DNA from: Terracidiphilus sp.
Lineage (GTDB): Bacteria > Acidobacteriota > Terriglobia > Terriglobales > Acidobacteriaceae
DNA length: 64,000 bases
Reading direction: 5' to 3'
NCBI GenBank assembly: GCA_052145255.1
Contig: JBKQOX010000026.1
Span: 33,528 to 97,527, forward strand
Below the pieces are notes generated by a model. The model made no database searches. It was given only the letters and a program-made list of their open reading frames with translations, and was not told the DNA's origin. The translations under genes and the position numbers were made by a program. This document shows positions 38,610 to 48,882 of the stretch, piece after piece (the first letter of the stretch is position 1; the number at the start of each line of letters is the position of its first letter).

Positions 38610-41306
38610 TTGTCGAAGAATCGTTTGCACCGCTTTTGCCTTTGCATCTCTGCCCTGGTTTCGATTTCATTCGTGCTCTCGTCTCAGGCCGTCGCGGCCG
38701 CGCCGCTTCCGCAGCCTGTAAAGCTCGGCTCAGGCTGGCAGTTGCAGGACGTCGCAAAGGTGCCGCAACCCGGCGCGCAGGTCTCATCCGCGGGCTTCGA
38801 CACGAATGGCTGGTACACGGCCACCGTTCCGGGCACGATTTTGACGACTCTGGTCAACGATCACGTTTATCCCGAACCGCTCTACGGCGAAAACGAGCGT
38901 CCCGAGATCATTCCCGAAAGTCTTGTCCACACCTCCTATTGGTACCGGGCCGTTGTTCATATTCCCAGCGCTTACAAAGATCGCCACGTGTGGCTGAACT
39001 TTGACGGCATCAACTACTCCGCCGAAGTCTGGGTGAACGGCGCGCAGGTTGGCACGATGCGCGGCGCGTTTATTCGCGGCAACTTCGACGTGACCGCGCA
39101 GGTGACGCCCGGTCAGCCTGCCGTCGTGGCTGTGCTCGTGACTCCGGAGCCGCATCCCGGCGTCGCGCATGAACACACGCTTCGCAACGGCGTCGGCCAG
39201 AACGGCGGCATCACGGCGCTCGATGGTCCTACATTTCTGTCGACCCTCGGCTGGGACTGGCTCGATGCCGTGCGCGATCGCGACACAGGCATCTGGCAAA
39301 AGGTTTTTCTCTCCGCCACTGGGCCTGTGCAGTTGAAAGATCCGTTTGTGACCACCGATCTGCCGCTTCCGAAGACCGATTCATCCGACGTCACAGTCGC
39401 GACAACGGTTGAGAACGTGAGCGATCAGCCGGTGGCGGGTAAAGTCCGCGGCACGATCGGGAGCATTGTTTTCGAGCGGCAGGTCACTCTCGCGCCGAAC
39501 AGTTCTCAGCAAATCACGTTCGACGCGAAGAATACGCCGGCGCTTTACATGGAGCATCCGCGCCTGTGGTGGCCCAACGGCTACGGCGCACAGCCGATGT
39601 ACAAGCTGCATCTTGAATTCCAAACTGGCGCCGTGATTTCCGACGAGCAGAATGTGGAGTTCGGCGTGCGGAAGATCAGCTACTCCGTTCCTGGCACCGA
39701 CACGCTCACGGTCTCCGTCAACGGTGTGCTCATCTTCATCCGCGGCGGCGACTGGGGACTCGACGAGGCGTTGAAGCGCATTCCGCGCGAGCGGCTCGAC
39801 ACCGAGATTCGCCTGCACAAGCTGGCCAACCTCAATCTGATTCGCAACTGGGTGGGGCAGAGCACCGGCGAAGATTTCTACGAGCTGTGCGACAAGTACG
39901 GGCTGCTGGTGTGGGACGAGTTCTTCCAGCCGAATCCGCTTGACGGCCCTAACCCCACCGATGTTCCCACTTACGTCGCCAACGTGCGCGATAAAGTTCT
40001 TCGCTACCGCAACCACCCTTCGATCCTTTTGTGGTGCGCGCGCAACGAGGGCGACCCCCCGCCGGAGATTGACGCCGATCTGCGCACGCTGCTCGCCGAC
40101 GTCGATCCCACACGAATCTACTGGCCGAATTCGACCGATGGCCCCGGAGTGCGTTCCCACGGGCCGTACTTCTGGCGCGCGCCACGCGAGTTCTATACAG
40201 TCACCGACGATTTTTTCAAGACCGAAACCGGCAGCGCGTCCATCCCCACGCTTGAATCCATCCGCGGCATGATGCCCGAGAAAGACTGGGAAACGATCGA
40301 CGATGACTGGGCCGCGCACGACCTGGCAAAGGGAAACCAGCACGGCGACCTGTACCCGCTCATCCTGGCCGGGCGCTACGGAAAGATCGCGAACCTCGCC
40401 GACTTTGTGCGCAAGTCGCAGATGGCCAACTATGAAGCATTCCGCGCCATGTACGAGGGCCGCAACGCGCTGCTTTTCCATCCAACCACGGCCGTCATTA
40501 CGTGGATGAGTAATCCCGCGCAACCCAGCTTTGTGTGGCAGATCTACCACTACGACCTGGAACCGATGTCTTCCTACTTCGCCGTGATGCACGCGTCGGA
40601 GCTCGAGCACATCCAGTACAACGAGGCCACGGGCAACGTGCAGGTCATTAATAACAAGCCTGAGCCGTTCGCAAATATGCGCGCGCACGTCGCCGTCTAC
40701 AATCTCGATGGGTCGCTCGCTTACGAGCACGAGACCCAACTCAGCGCTGCTCCCGATGTTGCCACGGATCTTGGCCCGATCGATTTTCCGGCGGCGGTTT
40801 CGCCCGTCCATTTCATCAGGCTCGATCTGCACGACGCCGCGGGCCAATTGCTCTCAACCAATTTCTATTGGCGCGCTCAGCCCGCCGACCCCGACAACCT
40901 TGCAGTTCTCAACAAAATGCACATGGTCACGTTGACCGCAACCGTGGAAACGCCGAAAGAAAACACGCCCGGCCAACGGAAGCTGCGCGTCATTCTGCAT
41001 AACCCCACCAGCAACATCGCTCTGATGGCGCATGTGCAACTGCGGAGAAAATCGGGCGAGCGCGTTCTGCCCGTTTTCTACAGCGACAATTACGTCTCCC
41101 TTGTGCCCGGCGAAACCAAGTCCATCGAGATGGAAGCTGCGGCAAGCGAATTCAAGGGTGAGGCTGCTCTGATCATGGTCGACGGATGGAATGTGACGGT
41201 AGCGCCGGCCGCGTTCCCGGCCGCATCGATCAAGCCGAATCTCGATGCACAACCGGATCGCTGGCCTGCGACGGGGCTGCCCTTCGCAACCACTGGCTTG
41301 CGCTAG
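38610..41306 (+). CDS. Secreted GH2 glycoside hydrolase (beta-mannosidase / exo-beta-glucosaminidase-like)
   Basis: TTG start after GAGGT; FDGINYSAEVWVNG, GWDW..VRDRDTGIWQ, RNHPSILLWCARNE, FKTETG. Confidence 0.88.
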   Translation: MSKNRLHRFCLCISALVSISFVLSSQAVAAAPLPQPVKLGSGWQLQDVAKVPQPGAQVSSAGFDTNGWYTATVPGTILTTLVNDHVYPEPLYGENERPEIIPESLVHTSYWYRAVVHIPSAYKDRHVWLNFDGINYSAEVWVNGAQVGTMRGAFIRGNFDVTAQVTPGQPAVVAVLVTPEPHPGVAHEHTLRNGVGQNGGITALDGPTFLSTLGWDWLDAVRDRDTGIWQKVFLSATGPVQLKDPFVTTDLPLPKTDSSDVTVATTVENVSDQPVAGKVRGTIGSIVFERQVTLAPNSSQQITFDAKNTPALYMEHPRLWWPNGYGAQPMYKLHLEFQTGAVISDEQNVEFGVRKISYSVPGTDTLTVSVNGVLIFIRGGDWGLDEALKRIPRERLDTEIRLHKLANLNLIRNWVGQSTGEDFYELCDKYGLLVWDEFFQPNPLDGPNPTDVPTYVANVRDKVLRYRNHPSILLWCARNEGDPPPEIDADLRTLLADVDPTRIYWPNSTDGPGVRSHGPYFWRAPREFYTVTDDFFKTETGSASIPTLESIRGMMPEKDWETIDDDWAAHDLAKGNQHGDLYPLILAGRYGKIANLADFVRKSQMANYEAFRAMYEGRNALLFHPTTAVITWMSNPAQPSFVWQIYHYDLEPMSSYFAVMHASELEHIQYNEATGNVQVINNKPEPFANMRAHVAVYNLDGSLAYEHETQLSAAPDVATDLGPIDFPAAVSPVHFIRLDLHDAAGQLLSTNFYWRAQPADPDNLAVLNKMHMVTLTATVETPKENTPGQRKLRVILHNPTSNIALMAHVQLRRKSGERVLPVFYSDNYVSLVPGETKSIEMEAAASEFKGEAALIMVDGWNVTVAPAAFPAASIKPNLDAQPDRWPATGLPFATTGLR

Positions 41307-41416
41307 GGCGGTTCCACAATTCACGTGCCCTTTCCAGCGTCTTGCTGGGTGGCTTTTTCTCGGTGAAAAAGCCACTCGGCGGTTGTGGACCCGAGTATTG
41401 AAATTGTGGAACCGCC
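41307..41416. repeat. 110-bp nested inverted-repeat (MITE-like) element
   Basis: 15-bp perfect terminal IR GGCGGTTCCACAATT / AATTGTGGAACCGCC enclosing a GGGTGGCTTTTT...AAAAAGCCACTC hairpin. Confidence 0.65.
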
Positions 41417-41439
41417 GTGACGGCCGCTCCAGGCACCAA

Positions 41440-41476
41440 CAAAAAGCCCGCAACCATTGAGGCTGCGGGCCTTTTG
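41440..41476. terminator. Bidirectional intrinsic terminator
   Basis: CAAAAAGCCCGCA...TGCGGGCCTTTTG between convergent genes. Confidence 0.8.
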
Positions 41477-41495
41477 CTTTGCACCTGATTCGTGT

Positions 41496-43469
41496 TTACG
41501 TGCCGGGCGCTTGCGGTCCCTTCGGCTTGGCGTTGATGACCACGAGCTTGCGTTTCTTGTAGTCGTTCCAGGTGTTGCTCACGAATACGCTGAACGCCTC
41601 ATTGCGGCGCTGGTCCACAAGCTCCTCGCGCGCCTGGTCGAGATTCTTCGCGATCTCGTCCGGGGTCGGCGCCTGCTTCTCGTCGATCTTCACCACCACG
41701 CCAGTGCGGCCGGCGTTGATGGGGCCACTGATCGCGCCCACACTCATGTCAAAGAGCTGCGGCGCCACCTGGCCTACCTCTCCAAAATCGGGCACCTGTC
41801 CGCTTTCGCCTACCAGGTCGCTGGTCTTCACGGTCGCGCCCACGGCCTTCGCCGCCTTGGCCAGATCCTTGGTTGCCTGCGCCTGATCGGCGAGTTGCTT
41901 TGTCTTCAGGCTCAGCAACGCCGGGAGTTGCTCCTGGCGATAGTCGTCGAGTACGTGGCTCTTCCAGTCGGCAAACGCCGGCGCGTGCGCCGGAACGATC
42001 CCCGTCACCTGGAAGACTGCATAGCCCTCGCCGGTGGTCGCCGATTGCGGCGGATCGCCCTGTTTGGCCAGGAAGGCCTTGGATAGAATCTGCGCGCTAT
42101 CGGGCAGGGCTGCAATCACACCGCCGCTCGCCACCGGATCGGTGGTCACCAGTTCGAGGTGGTGCGCAGCAGCCGTCTTTTCCAATCCGTTCTTGTTTGC
42201 CTCGCTCGTCAACTGCTGAGCATAATTATCCTCGGCCGCTGCCTGGGCCTGGCGCGTGAGCGTTGCAACAATGCTCGCCTGCACGTCGCTCAGCGGCTGA
42301 GTATGCGCGGTCTGCCGTTCTTCAACCTGCACAAGGTGATAGCCGAAGTTGGTTTTCACAATGTCAATCTCGCCAATCTTCTGCGTGAAGATCGCATTGT
42401 CGAACGCGGGCACCATCTTGCCGCGCTGCGCAAATCCCAGCTCGCCGCCGGTGTCCTTGCTGCCCGGATCGTCGGAGTACTTCTTCGCGAGATCGGTCCA
42501 GCTTCCACCCGCCTGGAGCAGCTTGAGAACCATCTGCGCCTTGGCTTTGGCCGCGGCATCGGTTGCTGCATTGGCGTTGGGCGGCACGCTGATGAGGATG
42601 TGGCGCGACTTGGCCTGTTCCGGCACGGAATACTCAGCGGCATGCTCGTTGTAATACTGCTGCACAGCCTGCTGGCTCGGCGGCTGAACGCCCCCGGGAA
42701 TCTGGCTGTCGGTGAACGCGAAGTACGTGATCTTGCGCTCCTCGGGCACCGCCTGCGCGTACCGCGCCGCATTGTTTTTGAAGAATGCTTCGAGCTCGCT
42801 GTCAGAGGGATTGATCGTCTTCCGCAGATCGTCTGAAGCAATCACCGCGTAATCGAACTTGATCTTGATGTTCTGCTTCAGGTAGGTATCGCGCACTTCC
42901 TTATCGCTGACCGTGACCCCGGCAGTAATAAACGCCTGCAACCGCTGGATCGTAATTTGGTCCTTGATCTGGTCCTCGAAATCCGTTACGGATTCGTGCA
43001 GGCGCTCGTCGATCAGCTGCTTATAGGCGTCTTCGCCAATGAACTTGCCGTCGGGGTAAAGCACTTCTGCGGTGGGCCCCGTTCGCAGCCACTTGCGCAC
43101 GTCATCGTCGGTCACGTAGAAGCCCAGCTTGTGCGCCTCTTCAAGCAGCACCTTCTGCTGCACCAGCTGCTGGCCCACCTGCTGCTCAAAGAGCTGCACG
43201 ATCATGGGATTGCTGGCGTATTGCGGATCGCGCTGCTGCAGTTGGTTCTCGGTGATCTGCTCCACGCGCGCCTGGGTGATGCTGTCGCCGGACGAAAGAA
43301 AGCGGCTATACCAGTGCGGATAAACAACAGCGTATGTGTCGGGGGACGAGGAGCCCATGCCGCCGAGGCCCGGGATAAGGTACAGCACCATGGTGACGGA
43401 CGCCGCGCCAATGATGACTACGATCAGCGCCTTGACCATGCGATTGTCTGTTTGCAGGAAACGAATCAT
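41496..43469 (-). CDS. PpiD/SurA-type peptidyl-prolyl isomerase (SurA N-domain plus parvulin domain)
   Basis: N-terminal TM, KSRHILIS, LAKKYSDDPGSKDTGGELG, MVPAFDNAIF, VKTNFGYHLVQV. Confidence 0.9.
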   Translation of the reverse strand: MIRFLQTDNRMVKALIVVIIGAASVTMVLYLIPGLGGMGSSSPDTYAVVYPHWYSRFLSSGDSITQARVEQITENQLQQRDPQYASNPMIVQLFEQQVGQQLVQQKVLLEEAHKLGFYVTDDDVRKWLRTGPTAEVLYPDGKFIGEDAYKQLIDERLHESVTDFEDQIKDQITIQRLQAFITAGVTVSDKEVRDTYLKQNIKIKFDYAVIASDDLRKTINPSDSELEAFFKNNAARYAQAVPEERKITYFAFTDSQIPGGVQPPSQQAVQQYYNEHAAEYSVPEQAKSRHILISVPPNANAATDAAAKAKAQMVLKLLQAGGSWTDLAKKYSDDPGSKDTGGELGFAQRGKMVPAFDNAIFTQKIGEIDIVKTNFGYHLVQVEERQTAHTQPLSDVQASIVATLTRQAQAAAEDNYAQQLTSEANKNGLEKTAAAHHLELVTTDPVASGGVIAALPDSAQILSKAFLAKQGDPPQSATTGEGYAVFQVTGIVPAHAPAFADWKSHVLDDYRQEQLPALLSLKTKQLADQAQATKDLAKAAKAVGATVKTSDLVGESGQVPDFGEVGQVAPQLFDMSVGAISGPINAGRTGVVVKIDEKQAPTPDEIAKNLDQAREELVDQRRNEAFSVFVSNTWNDYKKRKLVVINAKPKGPQAPGT

Positions 43470-43655
43470 GGATGGACTTCAACCCTCTGAGCGCGGCAAG
43501 CCAGGCCTGCGGGCGGCAGCATGGTTTGCTGCAATGCGCGGCGCGCCTGCGTATGCGCGATTCTCGCTGAATGCGACTCTGTCATTATAGACGACGGCAT
43601 GCAGCGGCCTGCGGGCGACGAATTACCGCAACGAAGCGCGAAACGGGCCAAACGC

Positions 43656-43692
43656 ACAACGGGCATCCCGCCTGAGCAGGATGCCCGTTTGT
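43656..43692 (-). terminator. Intrinsic terminator after the BON gene
   Basis: ACAACGGGCATCC...GGATGCCCGTTTGT. Confidence 0.75.
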
Positions 43693-43726
43693 GATCCCGA
43701 AACCCGATCCCTGTTCCCTGGCTCTG

Positions 43727-45100
43727 TTAACGCCAGTAGTACACTCCGCCGACCAGATAGTACGGCCGGTAGTAAACCGGCGGGTACGGGTAGACGTAGC
43801 CTGAATAGTAGCCGTAGTGCGGGCCGTAGCCATAGGGTCCGCGCCGGTAGAGGCTGGGGCCGCCGGGATACAGTCCTTCAGCCAGCCGCGCTGCTTCCTG
43901 CGAGCTCACCGGATTTACCGTGAGCGGCGCAGCGATGTGGAACGTGACCAGAGCCTCCGCGGGGATCCAGACGCGCGGTCCGCCCGAAGCAGCCGAAGCG
44001 GCTGTGCCTCCGGCTGCGCCGGCTCCTGCGCCGATGGCGCAGCCTGGGCCACGGCCAATCGCGCAGCCAATGATGGCGCCAATAATTGCGCCGCCCACCG
44101 CATTGTTCACCGTCTGCCCGGCCTTATTCGGCCCCTTCACTCTGAACTCGTTGGTGGTGATCGGGTAGCTTTGTCCGCCCAGATCGAGCGACGTCAGCGT
44201 GAGGGCCAGGATTGAACTGCCGGCCAGCGTTCCCGAGCCTGCATTCTTCGCTTCAGTCACCACGCCGTGCACAACTGCTCCGCGCGGAATCGCCAGGACG
44301 CCGCCAACGGCTACATCCTGAATCACCGTGAACTGCACCGGCTGGCCATCCTTGGCTCTCTTGCTATCGACCGGCTCGCTGGTGCGCACCTGCAACAACA
44401 TTCCCTGCGGAATGGTCACTGGGCCGCGCGCTGACTGGTATTGGGGGCCCTGGGGCGCCTGCGGATATGGCGGGTATTGCGAGTTCTGCGGATTCTGGTA
44501 CTGCGGCCGCGTGGGCGGAGGCGGCGGATACCCGCCTTGCTGCGGATAGCCCGGCTGCTGCGGATAAGCCGGCGGCTGCGGATTGTTGACTGCGGCCGGG
44601 TCCGGTCCCTGGTTCTGCGGATTCGTGTCCGGAGCGGGGCCCGGAGGCGGCAGGTTCGCCATTTGCTGTTGCGCCGGCGACTGGTCCGAATCCGGCGTCT
44701 CGTCGGCGCTGGAGGCCGGCTGCGGGCTTTGTCCATCAGGCCCCGGGTTCCCAATCTGCAGGTTGTTGTGCACCTTGGTCACGCCGTCAACATGCGCGGC
44801 AATCGACTCGGCCAACTGCTTTGACGCGTCGGTCGATACGGTTCCTGAAAGTGTAACCTCGCCTTGAATCGTCGCCGCGGTGATCAGATCGTTTTTCAGC
44901 GCCGCAGAGGCATCCAGAGCGTGCACCACGTCCATCTCAATTTGCCCGTCGGTTCGCGGTCCCTGTTGCGCCGCCGGCGGCTGACCTTGAGGCTGCGGCG
45001 CGCCTGGGTCCTGCGCCAACGCGACCACGGTGCACAGCACGGCCAATCCCATACTCACCACGAGCTGTGTGCCCACTTTCCTCATCAAAATACCCTTCAT
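43727..45100 (-). CDS. BON domain protein with Pro/Gln linker, TrbI/VirB10-like beta domain, glycine zipper and Tyr-rich tail
   Basis: Signal peptide; ITAATIQGEVTLSGTV...VDGVTKVHNNL; VTIPQGMLLQVRTSEPV...IPRGAVVHGVV; GGAIIGAIIG; GYYSGYVYPYPPVYYRPYY. Confidence 0.8.
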   Translation of the reverse strand: MKGILMRKVGTQLVVSMGLAVLCTVVALAQDPGAPQPQGQPPAAQQGPRTDGQIEMDVVHALDASAALKNDLITAATIQGEVTLSGTVSTDASKQLAESIAAHVDGVTKVHNNLQIGNPGPDGQSPQPASSADETPDSDQSPAQQQMANLPPPGPAPDTNPQNQGPDPAAVNNPQPPAYPQQPGYPQQGGYPPPPPTRPQYQNPQNSQYPPYPQAPQGPQYQSARGPVTIPQGMLLQVRTSEPVDSKRAKDGQPVQFTVIQDVAVGGVLAIPRGAVVHGVVTEAKNAGSGTLAGSSILALTLTSLDLGGQSYPITTNEFRVKGPNKAGQTVNNAVGGAIIGAIIGCAIGRGPGCAIGAGAGAAGGTAASAASGGPRVWIPAEALVTFHIAAPLTVNPVSSQEAARLAEGLYPGGPSLYRRGPYGYGPHYGYYSGYVYPYPPVYYRPYYLVGGVYYWR

Positions 45101-45252
45101 ATCGATTTCTCCTGGTTTCCCCCGTCACGGCCGGCGGTAAAAACTCACGCCCGGCAAACGGTTTTCTCAAATCGCGTCAACGGCTCAAACGGTTAGACGA
45201 GACTCCCCTGAGCCTGTTAACTGCTTAAACCCCGCAACCGGGAAAAAGTTTC

Positions 45253-46980
45253 TTAGCCTAATGCCGCGCTTATCGCTGCACCCAAAGCCTTTAGCCCCGC
45301 GGCCACGTCGGTCGCCAGGTGCACCCGCAGCGCCCTGCGCCCGCGCGACTCCAGCACCGCCAGATCGCCCGCCGCCTGCGCATCGATGACCACGCCAAAG
45401 CTGTACTTTTGGCCGGGAATGTCCATGTCGTCGGCGTGGTCCGCGGTGATTTGCAGAAAGACTCCTGTGTTTGGGCCGCCCTTGTAGTCCTGCCCGGTGG
45501 AGTGCAGAAAGCGCGGGCCAAAGCCAAGGCAGGTGGCCACGCGTTTTTTGTCGCGCACCTTGTGCCGGAAACTCTGGATTGCCGCCTCGTTCTCTTCGAA
45601 CATGGGCAGGAAAGCCAAAGTTGCAAAGTAGTCGCCCGCGGCAAGCTGATCGAGATGCGCACGCAGAATTCCCGCAAGCGTCTGGTTCGGCGCGGCGCCC
45701 TTCAGCTTTGCGGCATAGGCATCGGTCGCATAAAGCGCGAACGTAGTTCCAGCGTCGTCCTTTCCCGTCAGGAATGGAGTGCGCTGCGGCAGCTTGCCGC
45801 TCTTTTCGTACTCCGTGGTCAGTGCGCGCGTCTCGATCTTTGCGGCTTCCACGTCCGGCTGGTTGAAGGGATTGATGCCGATCACCGAGCCTGCAACAGC
45901 GGTCGCAATCTCCCACGTGAAGAACTGCCCGAAGATTTCATAGAGATCTGTGATTTCGAAATACACCACGGGATGGCCGGCGGCTTCCAGAGCCGCAACC
46001 TTGGCATCCTGACTCGCGTCGGCCGTGTTCTTCAGTCGAACGTACGCAAACACGCGATCCTTGCCGTACACCTCTGGCGCACCGATCGCCTCGCGGTCCA
46101 CCGGCGTAATTCCCTTCCCCTGCTTGCCTGTCGATTCGGCGATCAGTTGCTCCAGCCATGCGCCCAGGTCGGCGATCTCTGGCGAAGTAAAGATGGTGAT
46201 CTTGTCGCGGCCGGCGTTGGCCGCCGTTCCCAGCAGCAGGCCGAGCTGCGCGCCGGGATTCTCTGCCACCGGCAGCTTGGCGCTGGCGGCCGCCTTGGCC
46301 GCTTCGGCCAGCAGCTTTTCCACGTCCAAGCCGATCGCCGTGGCCGGGACCAAGCCGAAGTTCGACAGCGCCGAGTAGCGTCCGCCAATCTCTGGATCGC
46401 CATAATGGATGCCTCGGAAGTTGTCCGCCTTCGCCACCTGCTCCATCTTCGAACCGGGATCGGTGATGGCGACAAAATGAGTGCCCACCTCGTCGTCGTT
46501 GTTCACCGCACGCCGCATCTCGGAAAAGAAAAACTGCTTCAGGATGTTCGGCTCGAGCGTCGACCCAGACTTGCTGGCAACGATGACCAGCGTCTCCGCC
46601 AGGTCAACCTCGTCGCATGCGGCCTTCACTTCAGCAGGGTCGGTGGAATCGACGATGTGCAGTTCCGGAAAGCCCGGCCTCTGCCCAAAGGTCTTCGCCA
46701 GAACCTCAGGGCACAGGCTCGATCCGCCCATCCCCAACAAGAGCACGGACCGGAAGTCCGAGCTTTCAATATCTCCGCCCAGCTCCGCGAAGGTCCCCAG
46801 ATCCTTTTGCTGCCGCTCCACAATGTCAATCCAGCCCATCCATTTTTCCTCGCCGTCGCGAGTCCACAGGGACGGATCTTTTTGCCAGAAGCGCTCGACT
46901 TTGTGGTTGGCTTGCCAGTCGGCGGCTGCCGCGTCCACGGCGCCGCGAAGATCGGAGGGTACTGCGAGTCGGAAGCTCAT
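45253..46980 (-). CDS. pgi: Glucose-6-phosphate isomerase-like protein (PGI part of the Tal-Pgi fusion type)
   Basis: LLGMGGSSL, IVDSTDP, ASKSGSTLE, VAITDPGS, IGGRYSALS, WLEQLIAESTGK, NPFNQPDVEAAK, GFGPRFLHSTGQ. Confidence 0.8.
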   Translation of the reverse strand: MSFRLAVPSDLRGAVDAAAADWQANHKVERFWQKDPSLWTRDGEEKWMGWIDIVERQQKDLGTFAELGGDIESSDFRSVLLLGMGGSSLCPEVLAKTFGQRPGFPELHIVDSTDPAEVKAACDEVDLAETLVIVASKSGSTLEPNILKQFFFSEMRRAVNNDDEVGTHFVAITDPGSKMEQVAKADNFRGIHYGDPEIGGRYSALSNFGLVPATAIGLDVEKLLAEAAKAAASAKLPVAENPGAQLGLLLGTAANAGRDKITIFTSPEIADLGAWLEQLIAESTGKQGKGITPVDREAIGAPEVYGKDRVFAYVRLKNTADASQDAKVAALEAAGHPVVYFEITDLYEIFGQFFTWEIATAVAGSVIGINPFNQPDVEAAKIETRALTTEYEKSGKLPQRTPFLTGKDDAGTTFALYATDAYAAKLKGAAPNQTLAGILRAHLDQLAAGDYFATLAFLPMFEENEAAIQSFRHKVRDKKRVATCLGFGPRFLHSTGQDYKGGPNTGVFLQITADHADDMDIPGQKYSFGVVIDAQAAGDLAVLESRGRRALRVHLATDVAAGLKALGAAISAALG

Positions 46981-47238
46981 ATCACCTTATGATTCTGCCT
47001 CAACGGCCAAGTTGCAAAGCTAAGATTGTGCAAAAGTTCCGGACGGCGGTGCCCCGGGACGGATTCATGCCGGTTGGAGTGACCAGCACCGGGACGCCGG
47101 CGCAAAACGTTTTGAAGCGCCTCATTTCAGAGTGGCGGGGCAAAATCATCAACATCCGAAGGTGCAAGAGGCGCTCCAGATTGTAGAATCGCGAGGTCAA
47201 TGAAACGTCGATGAGATTCGTTCGCTAGGGGGCACCTC

Positions 47239-48804
47239 ATGCGACACCTTCTTGCCGTCGCGACCTTGGTGGGAAGCTTTGTTTTTCACTGCTTGCCGTC
47301 AGCAGCTGAAAGCGCTGATCGCGCAGCCTCATACCTGGCCGATTGCAAGGCCAAAGCCGCGGGCATGCTTTGGAAGGAGGCAATGACGGGCTGCGAGAAA
47401 GCAATTCGCGCAAAACCGGACTATGCAGAGGCATACTACGAGCTTGGCCACGCGACAACTTGGTATGGCGCCACTCTGGATAAGCCGGACAAGAGGAAAG
47501 CTGCATACGATGACGCGATTGAAGACTTCACCAAGGCCATCGCCCTGAAGCCCGACTATGCTGAGGCATACGTTGGCCGGGGCTATTTGCTGCGACAGAA
47601 CGGAAACACGGCGGGAACAATCGCCGACTTCACCCGCGCGCTCGAAATCACTGGGAGCGGCTGGTGCAACTGCCAGCAAGCAAAATGGAAAGTTCTCGCA
47701 GACAGAGCTGATTTAAGGGGAGCGGACGGCGACCTCGACGGCGCTCTTGCCGACTACGGCGCTGCGATCGAAGCGTCTCACGAGAAAGAAGCGAGCTCAC
47801 TGCACATCAAGCGCGCCGAACTGGAGAAAGCGAAAGGCAATCCCTCTGGCGCTATTGCAGACCTGACCTCGGCCATCCAACTCAGCTCCGACACCGAAGC
47901 GTACCGGGCTCGCGCCGCCATAAAGCACGAGAAGGGAGACCTCGACGGAGCGATCGCGGACTTGACCTCTGCGCTGCTGGTCGATCCATGCTCCTCGGCT
48001 GCATACGGCGATAGGGCCCCGATAAGGAAGGCCAAGGGCGATACGCCGGGTGCGCAATCGGACGAGGCCGCGGCGAAGCAGTTCAGCGCAAGCGCTGGCA
48101 CATCCTGCGAACAGTCTATGAGTTTCGTTGCTGGCGTTTCCGGGTTTGATGTCCTGATCGAGGTCAGCGACGCACACGGATCCGGACTGTACCCGAAGGA
48201 CTCGCCCACTGCGAAGGATTTCCTTGCGCAAAAAGAAACGGAGCTTGGAGCAAATGCGCAACAGGATATCAAGAGTAAGAACTGGGATGCCGCCGTGTTT
48301 GATCTCACAAAGGCAATTAAACTCGGCATGGACGATCCGCGTCTTTTCATGAATCGCGGTACGATGAGGCGTTTCCGAGGCGATGCCGATGGCGCCAATG
48401 CGGATTTCACCAGAGCCATTCAGATAAGCGAAGAGAGCGCGTCCACGTTGAACGACGTGCCGACAGCTGCGGTCGCGCATTTTGTTCGGGGCGAGGCCGA
48501 GTCCGCGGACTTCGGCGACGCAGAGAAGGCGATCGCGGATTTTGACAAAGCCTTGCAACTGGCTCCGAACGCTTCGGCCTTTCAGGCGGATGTGTACCTC
48601 GGGCGCGCCGCCGCCAAGCAACGCAAGGAAGACCTGGACGGTGCGATTGAGGACTGTACCAAGGCCATCGAGCTGACGCCGGGCAATGCCAACGCCTACT
48701 CTCTTAGGGCCCTCGATAAGCAAGCCAAGGGCGACATTCGTGGCGCAGAGGCTGATCAGGCTGACGCGGCTCGACTGAAGGCAGCTTCCGCAAGCCAAAA
48801 GTGA
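47239..48804 (+). CDS. Secreted tetratricopeptide-repeat protein
   Basis: Signal peptide; repeated DLDGA(L/I)AD, AIEDFTKAI, PDYAEAY. Confidence 0.88.
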   Translation: MRHLLAVATLVGSFVFHCLPSAAESADRAASYLADCKAKAAGMLWKEAMTGCEKAIRAKPDYAEAYYELGHATTWYGATLDKPDKRKAAYDDAIEDFTKAIALKPDYAEAYVGRGYLLRQNGNTAGTIADFTRALEITGSGWCNCQQAKWKVLADRADLRGADGDLDGALADYGAAIEASHEKEASSLHIKRAELEKAKGNPSGAIADLTSAIQLSSDTEAYRARAAIKHEKGDLDGAIADLTSALLVDPCSSAAYGDRAPIRKAKGDTPGAQSDEAAAKQFSASAGTSCEQSMSFVAGVSGFDVLIEVSDAHGSGLYPKDSPTAKDFLAQKETELGANAQQDIKSKNWDAAVFDLTKAIKLGMDDPRLFMNRGTMRRFRGDADGANADFTRAIQISEESASTLNDVPTAAVAHFVRGEAESADFGDAEKAIADFDKALQLAPNASAFQADVYLGRAAAKQRKEDLDGAIEDCTKAIELTPGNANAYSLRALDKQAKGDIRGAEADQADAARLKAASASQK

Positions 48805-48882
48805 AGCGACGTGCGTTTCGCTGCATCTGTGAATGGGAATTCTGACGCGAGATGATCGCCCCGATAGGGATCGGGGAAGTCA

